DNA from: Gemmatimonadota bacterium
Lineage (GTDB): Bacteria; Gemmatimonadota; Gemmatimonadetes; Palauibacterales; Palauibacteraceae
Reading direction: 5' to 3'
Length of the DNA: 64,000 nucleotides
Assembly (NCBI GenBank): GCA_039588495.1
Contig: JBDGZR010000007.1
Span: forward strand, 2,301-66,300
The notes beneath the pieces were generated by a model. That model was not told the DNA's origin and ran no database searches. It was given only the letters and a program-made list of their open reading frames with translations. Below, piece by piece: positions 37,871 through 46,401 of this stretch; position 1 is the stretch's first letter, and each line of letters starts with the position of its first letter. A program made the position numbers and the translations under genes.

Positions 37871-38458
37871 TCAGAACCCGAACCGCGCTCCCAGCTCGAT
37901 GAACCACTCGTTCCTCTTCACGCTCTCGCCGCCCACCTCGAAGATGTTCCCGAGCCCGAAATCGTAGCCCGCATCGATCGACAAGACCACGAAGTCGAAG
38001 CCCAATCCGGCCCGACCCGACCACAGCGTGCCCTTCAGGTCCTCCTTGAGGATGCCCAGGTCGTTATCCGAGACGCCCGTTGGGAAAGACGGCGTGACTC
38101 CGCCGAATATCCGGAGCGCCAGCGGCCGGCTCTTGATCAGCTTGACGCCGATGCCGACCGGAACGCTGACGTCCTGAATCCTAAGATCGTCCGTCGTGCC
38201 CCCGCCAGCGGGGATCGTGACATCCGCACCGGCGGTCGACCAGAAGACGCCCACTTCGACGTAGAGGCGGCCGCCCGCGCGGACCCTGCCTCCGGCCTCG
38301 AACCCGATCCCGGTGTCGGAGTCGATGTCGGTTCCCGAGTAGTTCACGAACGTGACGCCGAGCTGCGGGACGATCAGCTCCACGACCTGGGCCGATGCCG
38401 AAGCCCCCCAGGCGAGGGTGAACAGCCCGACCAGCAAGAGCGTGCGCGCGCGTGGCAT
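37871..38458 (-). CDS. small outer-membrane beta-barrel protein (OmpW/OmpA-barrel-like)
   Basis: Signal peptide MPRARTLLLVGLFTLAWGASASAQ, eight alternating strands, C-terminal ...IELGARFGF. Confidence 0.6.
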   Translation of the reverse strand: MPRARTLLLVGLFTLAWGASASAQVVELIVPQLGVTFVNYSGTDIDSDTGIGFEAGGRVRAGGRLYVEVGVFWSTAGADVTIPAGGGTTDDLRIQDVSVPVGIGVKLIKSRPLALRIFGGVTPSFPTGVSDNDLGILKEDLKGTLWSGRAGLGFDFVVLSIDAGYDFGLGNIFEVGGESVKRNEWFIELGARFGF

Positions 38459-38668
38459 CCCCGTCTCCCCTTCCGTCGTTCGCGGGCCCCTTCAAGCCCG
38501 GTCGGCTTCCGTCGGCCGGATCCTATCGCGGGTGCCGCCCCGTATCAAATGCGCTGGAATACGGGAGCGCCGGCGGGAGCGCTGCGCGAACCGGCCGACG
38601 CGCCGGGTTGCACAGCGAATCCGACATCGCTACTGCGTGAGGAGCGCACGAGAACCGACCTGCACCCG

Positions 38669-38692
38669 AAGGGATTAACAAAGGGATTAACA
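38669..38692. repeat. 12-bp tandem duplication AGGGATTAACAA x2 ending 0-1 nt before the ATG of the amidotransferase gene
   Basis: Seen directly. Each unit carries an AGGGA Shine-Dalgarno-like core. The element is AT-rich in a GC-rich genome. Confidence 0.7.
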
Positions 38693-38693
38693 A

Positions 38694-39515
38694 ATGTGCC
38701 GATGGCTTGCATACTCGGGAGAATCGATCCACCTGGAGGAGTTGCTGCTCAAGCCGGAGCGGTCCCTGATCGAACAGAGCCTCCAGGCCCGCGGCGGCAC
38801 GACCACGAACGGAGATGGATTCGGCGTTGGCTGGTACGGCGCCGCGGAGACACCCGGGCTCTACAAGTCGGTGCGGCCTGCCTGGAATGACTCGAACCTC
38901 CTCAGCATGGCCGCCCACCTCTCTTCTCCGCTCTTCGTGGCTCACGTGAGGGCGACGACCGGAACGACCATCCAGCGCAGCAACTGCCACCCCTTTCAGC
39001 ACGACTCGTGGCTCTTCATGCACAACGGCGAGATCCGCGGCTTCCGCGACATCAAGCGCGAGCTCGTGATGGAGGTCGACCCCGCCCTCTTCCCGGAGAT
39101 CGAGGGGACGACGGACTCCGAGATCATGTTCTACCTTGCCTGGACGTTCGGGTTGGAGGCCGATCCGGTGGCGGCGATGGAGCGGACGGTGGGTCTCGTG
39201 GAAGAGGTCGGAGGGCGCCACGGGATCGAGCATCCCATGCAGATGACGGTGGGCATCACAGATGGCCGGCGGATCTACGCGTTTCGGTACTCCTCGGAGG
39301 GGAAGTCGTACACCCTGTATCACAGCATGAGCATGGAGGCTCTGCACGAGCTCGACCCCGCAACCCGGCGTTTCTCCGACGACGCTCGGGTCGTCGTCTC
39401 GGAGCCGTTGACGGATCTGTCGGACTATTGGGTCCAGATCCCGGAGAGCACGGCGGTGCTGGTGGAAGGCGGAGACGTGGAGATGGTGCCGTTCGTCCCG
39501 GCGCCGCCTGCCTGA
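38694..39515 (+). CDS. class-II (Ntn) glutamine amidotransferase domain protein (EgtC/YafJ-like)
   Basis: MCRWLAY with the Cys2 nucleophile. Family-typical GDGFGVGWY...HVRATTG...NCHPF. Confidence 0.75.
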   Translation: MCRWLAYSGESIHLEELLLKPERSLIEQSLQARGGTTTNGDGFGVGWYGAAETPGLYKSVRPAWNDSNLLSMAAHLSSPLFVAHVRATTGTTIQRSNCHPFQHDSWLFMHNGEIRGFRDIKRELVMEVDPALFPEIEGTTDSEIMFYLAWTFGLEADPVAAMERTVGLVEEVGGRHGIEHPMQMTVGITDGRRIYAFRYSSEGKSYTLYHSMSMEALHELDPATRRFSDDARVVVSEPLTDLSDYWVQIPESTAVLVEGGDVEMVPFVPAPPA

Positions 39516-39589
39516 GCGTTTCGGCGGCACTCCACTGGCGCTAGCCTGACGCTCCGGCGCGCCGCCGGCATGACGCCCCGCCGCCCTCT

Positions 39590-40888
39590 CTAGTCGTCGG
39601 GAGCCGGATCAGGAAGGATCGCGTTCAGCAGGAGGGCGGCGAGCCCGCCCGTGATCAGCCCCGTGCCGATGAAGTTCCGGAGGCCCTCCGGGAGGTGCTG
39701 AAGCGCCTCCGGCCTCAGCTCTACCCCCAGGCCCAGGCCCACCGCGATCGCCAGGACCACCAGGCTGCGCTGCGTAAGGGGCACGCTGCGACGGAAGATG
39801 GCCGCGCCGCTCGCGAATATCATCGAGAACATGACGAGGCCGGCTCCGCCGATGACGGAGGGCGGGATCGTGGCCAGCGCCGCGGAGATCTTCGGCACGA
39901 GCCCGAGGAGGACCAGGAGCCCTCCGGTCACGGCGGTCACGTGCCGGCTCACGACGCCTGTGAAGTTCACGAGTCCGACGTTCTGCGAGTAGGAGGTCGT
40001 CGGAAACGCGCCGAAGAGTGCGGCCAGCCCGCTGCTCGCACCGTCGGCCACGAGGCCTCCCTTGAGCTCGCGATCGGTAGGCTCGCGACCGGCCGCTGCG
40101 ATCACCCCCGTGATGTCTCCGATCGTCTCGATCGAGCTGATCACGTAGATGAAGGCCATGATGAGGATGGCGCTCCACTCGAAGGTCAGGCCGAACGGTA
40201 GGGGCCTCGGCACCGAGAGCCAGGCGGCGCTCGATACCGCCGTGAAATCCACCGCGCCGAAGATCACCGACAGCACGTACCCGACGAGGACTCCGGCCAG
40301 GACGCTCGCATACGCCAGAAAGCCGCTCGCATACTGGTTGAGGACCAGGGTGACGAGAAGGACGACGGATGCGATCCCCAGATTCCGAAGGGATCCGTAG
40401 TCCTCCGCTCCGATCCCGCCGGCTGCGTAATCGACGCCGACCGGAATCAGCGTGAGGCCGATGAGCATCACCACGACGCTCGTGACGAGGGGCGGAAACC
40501 ACCGCCTCACGCGGGAAAAGGAAAAGCCGATGACGACTTCGACGAAGGCCGCCGCCAGGCATGCTCCGAACACCGCGGCCAGGCCGGCGCGGCTCCCGAC
40601 CGCGATGCTTCCACCGACGAACGCGATGCTGGTGCCCATGACAATCGGTATCCGGCCTCCCACCGGACCGATCGGATATGCCTGGACGAGCGTGGAGAGG
40701 CCGGCGACGAGAAGGACCGCCTGAACGAGGACGCCTGTCTGTCCGGCGGCCAGTCCCAGCGCGCCGGCGATGAGAAGGGGCGGCGTGATGTTGCCGAGCA
40801 GCATCGCCACGAGGTGTTGAGCCCCGAGCGCGAGCCCCTCCCCGACGGGAGGCCTGTCGTCTACATCGTAGATGAGCCCCTTACGCAC
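39590..40888 (-). CDS. nucleobase:cation symporter-2 (NCS2) family permease (xanthine/uracil/purine permease-like)
   Basis: 432 aa, about 12-14 TM helices, with NCS2 signature regions (QHLVAMLLGNITPPLLI, ...FGAFPTTSYSQNVGLV). Confidence 0.8.
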   Translation of the reverse strand: MRKGLIYDVDDRPPVGEGLALGAQHLVAMLLGNITPPLLIAGALGLAAGQTGVLVQAVLLVAGLSTLVQAYPIGPVGGRIPIVMGTSIAFVGGSIAVGSRAGLAAVFGACLAAAFVEVVIGFSFSRVRRWFPPLVTSVVVMLIGLTLIPVGVDYAAGGIGAEDYGSLRNLGIASVVLLVTLVLNQYASGFLAYASVLAGVLVGYVLSVIFGAVDFTAVSSAAWLSVPRPLPFGLTFEWSAILIMAFIYVISSIETIGDITGVIAAAGREPTDRELKGGLVADGASSGLAALFGAFPTTSYSQNVGLVNFTGVVSRHVTAVTGGLLVLLGLVPKISAALATIPPSVIGGAGLVMFSMIFASGAAIFRRSVPLTQRSLVVLAIAVGLGLGVELRPEALQHLPEGLRNFIGTGLITGGLAALLLNAILPDPAPDD

Positions 40889-41318
40889 GCACGACGCGCG
40901 TGGCGAAGATCTTGTCGTGCCACGCCTCGCCCTTCGGGTCGAACGCCGCCCAGATGAAGCCCAGACCGAAGAGGAAGCCGCTCACCGCGTAGCCGAGCGT
41001 GCCGCGAAGGCCGGCGCGCAGGAAGGAGATCGCCCCGCCCCCGTTATCGTCCACCCGGATCTCGAGCAGCTTCATGCCCACCGACTGCCCGCTGCTGCTC
41101 CACAGGTAGCCGAAGTAGACGAATTGGAGCAGAATGAGGATAGGAATCATGATGAGGAAACTCAGGCCGGTAAGGAGTCCCAGCACATTGCTCTCGGTCG
41201 CCGAGGCCAGGCCGGCCATCATGCCGAAGGGTATTAGGATCACCCAGGCGAGGACGCTCAAAGCAACCTCGTCGATAATATAAGCGATGAACCGGGAACC
41301 GAAGCTGGCGTTGCCCAT
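40881..41318 (-). CDS. RDD-family membrane protein
   Basis: The internal start MGNASFGSRFIAYIIDEVAL fits RDD-family N-termini. Three TM helices. Overlaps the NCS2 gene start by 8 nt. Confidence 0.55.
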   Translation of the reverse strand: MGNASFGSRFIAYIIDEVALSVLAWVILIPFGMMAGLASATESNVLGLLTGLSFLIMIPILILLQFVYFGYLWSSSGQSVGMKLLEIRVDDNGGGAISFLRAGLRGTLGYAVSGFLFGLGFIWAAFDPKGEAWHDKIFATRVVRA

Positions 41319-41385
41319 GAGCTGCCCCTTTTTTTGGTGTCGCCGCGCGAGGAGGGACCGCGAGCCGAAAGCAGGATCTCTGAGG

Positions 41386-42249
41386 ATGCGTGATCGACGC
41401 CCGATCCTGCCAGTGCTATCGATTCTATGGGCACTCTCTGCCGCGTCTGCGGCCGGGCAGGAGACACCCCCGCCGGACCCGATCGACATGGTGGACCGAG
41501 GCCTCCCGATTCCTCACGGCTTCCAGCAGGACAACGTCGCGCAGCAGCGTGCCTCGCTCTTCGGCATTCGGCCCGCCTTCACGATCCGCTCGTGGGAGAG
41601 CCATCCGTGGGGTCTGCGGGCCCGTCTCGCCATTCAGTTCGCCGGGCTGGACTTCCGCTCCGCCGAAGGCGTCGATCTCGAGAAGGTGTCGCTCGCCGCG
41701 ATCATGCCCGGCGTCGAGTTCGTCTTCCCCACCGGCCGCCGCTCGCTCTTTCGCCCGTTCCTGGACGTCGGCGTCGGCTCGAGCACCGGGCTCGACAACC
41801 CTGCGCTGATCGCGGCCGTCGGAGCACAGCAGGAGTTCGTCTTTCCGGCCGGCCGCTTCGAGCTGAGCCTCGAACCGAAGCTGGAGTACACGAGGGCGTT
41901 CGTGAGCGGCGCCAGAGACGACGATTTCGGGGCTCTCAGCGCCTACACGGACGCGCGGCATCCACTCCCATTCCGGATTGGCGGCCGGCGACCCGAGCTC
42001 GGGGTCTACTTCAAGGGGAGCTACCTCTTTTCGCCGCTGGACTTCAGGTCCCTGGACGGCGAAGGAGCCGCGGTGGAGTACGAGTTCCAGATCGGCGCGC
42101 TGTTCAGCTTCAAGAAGCCGCCGAAGCTCTGGTTCATCCCGGTGCCGATGATCGGATTCGGATACGCCTTCGGCGACGACTGGAGCGGCATCCGCATCAG
42201 GGTCGGAGGTGACCGCCTTCTACGGCTGCCCCTCGGGCCGGGCGAATAG
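41386..42249 (+). CDS. secreted hypothetical protein, probably beta-rich/OM-associated
   Basis: Start chosen at MRDRRPILPVLSILWALSAASAAGQ (signal peptide). No recognised domain. Ends ...LGPGE* inside a tandem repeat. Confidence 0.45.
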   Translation: MRDRRPILPVLSILWALSAASAAGQETPPPDPIDMVDRGLPIPHGFQQDNVAQQRASLFGIRPAFTIRSWESHPWGLRARLAIQFAGLDFRSAEGVDLEKVSLAAIMPGVEFVFPTGRRSLFRPFLDVGVGSSTGLDNPALIAAVGAQQEFVFPAGRFELSLEPKLEYTRAFVSGARDDDFGALSAYTDARHPLPFRIGGRRPELGVYFKGSYLFSPLDFRSLDGEGAAVEYEFQIGALFSFKKPPKLWFIPVPMIGFGYAFGDDWSGIRIRVGGDRLLRLPLGPGE

Positions 42250-42293
42250 GGCCGGGCGAATGGGGCCGGGCGAATAGGTGGCGGGGCGAGTAG
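42235..42293. repeat. tandem array of about four units of a 14-bp motif (GGCCGGGCGAATAG, GGCCGGGCGAATGG, GGCCGGGCGAATAG, degenerate GTGGCGGGGCGAGTAG) spanning the stop codon of the 41386..42249 gene
   Basis: Seen directly between the convergent genes 41386..42249 and 42309..44285. Confidence 0.7.
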
Positions 42294-42308
42294 GCTTCCG
42301 GGCGGGAC

Positions 42309-44285
42309 TCAGCCGGCCGCTTCGAGGTTCAGAGGATAACCCTCGCGAATGAGCCCCTCCGCTTCCAGAGGCCCGACGGGACCGGAGAAGTAGAAGCCCT
42401 GTGCCTGCGAGCAGCCCGTGGCGCGCAGGTGCACGAACTGCTGCCTCGTCTCGATCCCCTCGGCGATCACGTCGACATCGAGGTTGTTCGCCAGCATCAC
42501 GATCGTGCGCGCGACGCCGCCGCGACGGAGCTCGTGTTGAGCGCGGCTCACGAAGGTCCGGTCGATCTTCAGCGCGTGCACCGGGACGGTGTGAAGCAGA
42601 CTCAGGGACGAGTAACCGGTGCCGAAGTCGTCGATGGCTACCTTGATGCCGATCTCCTGAATGAGACCCAGGACGCGCTCCGCGTTCGCCGGGTCCTTCA
42701 TCAGATCCGTCTCGCTGATGTCGAACCTGACCTGCTCGCCGAGGATTCCGTTCCGCTCCAGGATGTCGCGCACCCGACCGGCGAACTCCTTATGAAAGAG
42801 CTGGCGACCGGCCACGTTGATGGCGACGGGCGGCGGCGTCTCGGGCGCCAGGTTGTCCTGCCACAGCCTGATCTGCTGGCAGGTTCTCTCGATCACCCAG
42901 TATCCGAGCTGGTGGATGAGCGGAGACGCGACGGCCACCGGGATGAAGACGTTGGGCGGCACGATGCCCATCTCGGCGTGGCGCCACCGGATGAAGGCCT
43001 CGAGTCCGGTGATTCTGCCGTCTTCGAGGCAGACGATCGGCTGGTACTCGAGGAAGAAGTCCTTCCGCTGAAGAGCTCCGGCCAGCTCGCCCTCGATCTG
43101 CCTGCGGCGCTCCTCGCTTCCGTCCGACACGGCATCGAAGAACTGAACGCGCAGCTTGGACTCCCGCGCCCGACTCAGGGCGATCTCGGCGTCGCCGAGG
43201 ATCGCATCGACCGTGTCGTACGCGGGCCCCCCGAACACCAGCCCGATGGCCGGGTCGAGCTTCACCTCCGTCGAGCCTAGCGGGAACGGCCGCTGGAGCG
43301 CCGCCAGGATGCGGTCAGCTGCCTCCTTCGCCTCCTCGACCACCTGAATCTCTTCCAGCACCGTGATCAGACGGTCACCGCTCCGTGCCACGGTATCGGC
43401 GGGCCGAAGGAGTCCGGCCAATCTCCGAGCCGCGGCCAGCAGGACCTGGTCTGCACGCTCGGCGCCCTCTGCGTCACGCACGCGCTGCAGGCCCTCCGAC
43501 TGAACGAGCAGGACGGCGAAAACGCGGCGTGAGGAGCGGCGGCGGCCGCGGATGGACTGCCGGATTCGGTCCTTGAGGATCGGCGTACCCGGGAGACCTG
43601 TGAGCGGGTCGTAAAGCTCCGACTGTTCCCGCAGCTCCTCCATCGAGGCGATCATCGTCCGTGCGTGCTGGGCGACGTTCTGCACCGCTCCGCGCATGCG
43701 CCCGAGCGATGCGTTGTGCGAGAGCTCCGCCGTGAGGATTCTCAGAAGCTCGTGCACCTCTCCGCCGATAATCACCCTTTCGGTAAAGAGCTGCACGGCG
43801 GCCACGGCCTGCCCTTCCGCGAGGACGGGCAACGTCGCGACGCCGTGAAGCTCCGCCGACCGAAAGACGTCCATGACCTTCCAGTCAGGGAGATCCGCCA
43901 CGGCCTTCAGCTCGAGCGTGTCGGGGATCTCGAGCTTCCCATCGAGCCGGTCGCGGATTTGAGCGATCTCCAGACCGGGCTCGATCCGCCATCGATCGGA
44001 CGCCGAGCCGGGCCGGTGGATGCGCCCGACCGGCGAACGAAGCAGATCCCCCAGCTCTGCGAGGACCGACTCGAGCGCCTCATCCAGCGCCACGTCGGGG
44101 GCACCGATGGCCATGATGAGGTCCAGAAACCGGGCGCGAGCCTCGGGGTCCAGCGGTCGGCCGCGAACTCGAGTCGACGAAGCCTCCCGATAAGAGTCTT
44201 CCGGGGGGGGCTCGGCATCGGATTCGTACGACGTAGCGGTCAGGAGCTCCTCGGTTGGCGAGGGCTTGGATCGATTGCGGTTCAC
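42309..44285 (-). CDS. signalling protein: N-terminal sensory region, a GGDEF domain with degenerate active site, and a C-terminal EAL phosphodiesterase
   Basis: The EAL region carries QPIV, FIPVAVASP, IAIDDFGTGYSSLS and LKIDRTFV. At the GGDEF signature position the GGDEF-like domain reads SGDRL. Confidence 0.8.
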   Translation of the reverse strand: MNRNRSKPSPTEELLTATSYESDAEPPPEDSYREASSTRVRGRPLDPEARARFLDLIMAIGAPDVALDEALESVLAELGDLLRSPVGRIHRPGSASDRWRIEPGLEIAQIRDRLDGKLEIPDTLELKAVADLPDWKVMDVFRSAELHGVATLPVLAEGQAVAAVQLFTERVIIGGEVHELLRILTAELSHNASLGRMRGAVQNVAQHARTMIASMEELREQSELYDPLTGLPGTPILKDRIRQSIRGRRRSSRRVFAVLLVQSEGLQRVRDAEGAERADQVLLAAARRLAGLLRPADTVARSGDRLITVLEEIQVVEEAKEAADRILAALQRPFPLGSTEVKLDPAIGLVFGGPAYDTVDAILGDAEIALSRARESKLRVQFFDAVSDGSEERRRQIEGELAGALQRKDFFLEYQPIVCLEDGRITGLEAFIRWRHAEMGIVPPNVFIPVAVASPLIHQLGYWVIERTCQQIRLWQDNLAPETPPPVAINVAGRQLFHKEFAGRVRDILERNGILGEQVRFDISETDLMKDPANAERVLGLIQEIGIKVAIDDFGTGYSSLSLLHTVPVHALKIDRTFVSRAQHELRRGGVARTIVMLANNLDVDVIAEGIETRQQFVHLRATGCSQAQGFYFSGPVGPLEAEGLIREGYPLNLEAAG

Positions 44286-44602
44286 CGATTTATCCTCATC
44301 GCGTCACGATTGGAGATCGTGCCTCTCGGGAAGTCCGAATTGGCAGGTGCCGTGCCAGTATCGGCCGGTGAACCCGGGGTATTCACATGCCCCGGCGCGA
44401 GATGCCTAGAAAATGGACGATGACACGCGGCTAAGCGACTGTATCGCGGGATGTTCGACCGTTACGGCTCAGCCTGGCAACCTGGGCGTTCGGGCCCATG
44501 CGGAAAGCGTGGATCGAGCCGGCGAAGCCGGGAATGCCGACCGGCGCTCCCCACCAGACGGGCGTTGCGCCCGGCCTGTGGCACTACTGGCGTTCGGCGA
44601 GG

Positions 44603-45364
44603 TTACGGAGGTGGCTCCGTGGCCGCCCGTCCTACGGGGATGAGGTAGAGGGGCCGCTGGTCTTCCGGCAGGGCCAGAGCTTCGCTCAGTCGGGCATCGT
44701 CGAAGGCGCCCATGGGGACCGCCGCGAGACCGAGCGCGACGGCCTCCAGCAGGATGTTCTGGCCCGCGTGGCCGGCCTCCATGTGGACGTAGCGGGGCGC
44801 CCGCGCCCCGTACTTCACCGCGGTTCGCTTTTGGACCGCGGCGATGGCGAAGATGGCCGGAGCATCGCCGAGCGCGTCCTGGTACAGGCCGGCCTCCTGC
44901 ATGGCGGGCCGCGGGTCGCCCGGTGCGTGGAGGGTGAGACCGTGCAGAGCCGGGTCGTAGTGAAAGAGCCCGTCGGGAGTGCCCACGTAGAGCTCGAGAG
45001 GATAGAGCGCCCCGGCGGAGGGTGCCGTCCGGTGGCCCGCGTCGTCGGTCACCCCCTGCGCCGCCCACAGAAGCTGGCCGATCTCGGCCTCGGTCAGCGG
45101 GGTGTCCGCGAACGCCCGAACCGAGCGTCGCCTCTCCAGCGCCTCCTCGAGGGATATCTCCCCGACCCTTCGCGGCTCGGGAAGCGCCCGCTCCTGAAGC
45201 AGGATCGTCTTCGGCACGATCGTCTCCCCCGTCATCTCCCCTTTCATGCTCCGGCGACGCATCTCCTCGGCTTCGACGCTCCGGCCGCAAGCCGCCGTTC
45301 CCACCGCCACGATGACGGCGACGAGCGCGCAGGCGCTCGGCAGGCGGACGCGAGGCGGGATCAC
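44603..45364 (-). CDS. nitroreductase-family (SagB/TdsD-like) protein with a lipoprotein signal
   Basis: Only the C-terminal 254 aa of the 547-aa ORF-track ORF are treated as coding. A GTG lies 2 nt after the porB stop, giving MIPPRVRLPSACALVAVIVAVGTAAC (lipobox). The body carries nitroreductase motifs (RRSVRAF, PSAGALYP, HMEAGHAGQNI). Confidence 0.6.
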   Translation of the reverse strand: MIPPRVRLPSACALVAVIVAVGTAACGRSVEAEEMRRRSMKGEMTGETIVPKTILLQERALPEPRRVGEISLEEALERRRSVRAFADTPLTEAEIGQLLWAAQGVTDDAGHRTAPSAGALYPLELYVGTPDGLFHYDPALHGLTLHAPGDPRPAMQEAGLYQDALGDAPAIFAIAAVQKRTAVKYGARAPRYVHMEAGHAGQNILLEAVALGLAAVPMGAFDDARLSEALALPEDQRPLYLIPVGRAATEPPP

Positions 45365-45366
45365 GG

Positions 45367-46401
45367 CTATCCGGCGGCGACCGCCTCCTCGTAGGGGAAC
45401 TCCTCGGCCAGCACCTTCAGGCGCGCGAAGCGCTCCCGGCAGACCCGGCGCGTCGTCTCCAGGTCGACCTCGTCGTCCCTGAAGCGGCGTTGATGCTGGA
45501 AGTACATCGCCGGATCGGTCCAATCCGGCTCCACATTGATCCGGTAGGCGTGCCCGCCCCACACCTCGTAGAGCGGGAAGAGGCCGCTCGCCACGGCGAC
45601 GCGCACCAGCTCCACCGACTCGGCGGGCTCCGATTTCCACCCCGTCGGACACGGCGAGTGCATGAGCAGGAAGCGCGTCCCGCTGATCGAGAACGCCGTC
45701 TTGAGCTTGCGGCTGAAGTCCTCCGGGTGAGCGATCGACAGGGTCGCCGCGTACGGGATCCGGTGCGCCGCCATGATCGCCAGGATGTCCTTCTTGTCCT
45801 CGCTTTTCCCCTCCGGCGTCGTCGACGTTCGTGCGCCCGGGGGCGTGGCCGATGAGCGCTGACCTCCCGTGTTTCCGTAGATCTCGTTGTCGTAGCAGAT
45901 GTAGATGATGTTGTCGTCGCGCTCGGCCGCCGCGGAGAGGGTGGCCATCCCGATGTCGTACGTGCCCCCATCGCCTGCCCAGCAGATCACCTGGCCGGAC
46001 TCTTCGTTCAGGTCGCGGATGCAGGCCAGCCCGGAGGCGACCGCCGCCGCCGAGGCGAACGTCGTGCACACCGTCGGCACGCCGTAGCTCGTCGTCGGGA
46101 AGGCTCCCGCCGTCACGGCGCCGCAGCAGGCCGGGATGGCGAGCGTGCAGGTATCCCCGACGTCGGCCAGGGCGCGGCCGAGCATGGTAAGGCCCACGCT
46201 CATGCCGCAGCCGCCGCAGTTCGTGTTGCCCGCGCGGAGCAGGCACTCCTCGGTGCAGGGGATCGGCGCCGTCGCGAACCCCTCCAGCCTGCCCAGGCCG
46301 ATCTCCTCTTCCCGGCTGAGCTCGCGGTCCTGTTGGCCGGGCTCGCGGCCCTCGCGTCCGAGCGCGCCATCCGGCGCTCCAGATCCCCGTCCGGCGGTCA
46401 T
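45367..46401 (-). CDS. porB: 2-oxoacid (pyruvate):ferredoxin oxidoreductase beta subunit, TPP-binding
   Basis: Start set at MTAGRG, overlapping the porA stop (ATGA); the ORF-track ORF extends to 46518. TPP-binding motif GDGGTYDIG...YDNEIYGNTGGQ. Cys cluster CGGCG...C. Confidence 0.85.
   Translation of the reverse strand: MTAGRGSGAPDGALGREGREPGQQDRELSREEEIGLGRLEGFATAPIPCTEECLLRAGNTNCGGCGMSVGLTMLGRALADVGDTCTLAIPACCGAVTAGAFPTTSYGVPTVCTTFASAAAVASGLACIRDLNEESGQVICWAGDGGTYDIGMATLSAAAERDDNIIYICYDNEIYGNTGGQRSSATPPGARTSTTPEGKSEDKKDILAIMAAHRIPYAATLSIAHPEDFSRKLKTAFSISGTRFLLMHSPCPTGWKSEPAESVELVRVAVASGLFPLYEVWGGHAYRINVEPDWTDPAMYFQHQRRFRDDEVDLETTRRVCRERFARLKVLAEEFPYEEAVAAG

Noticed and set aside
44603-46246. 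547-aa minus-strand ORF
   Set aside because: Only the C-terminal ~254 aa (the nitroreductase-family lipoprotein) are treated as real. The upstream part overlaps porB in another frame.
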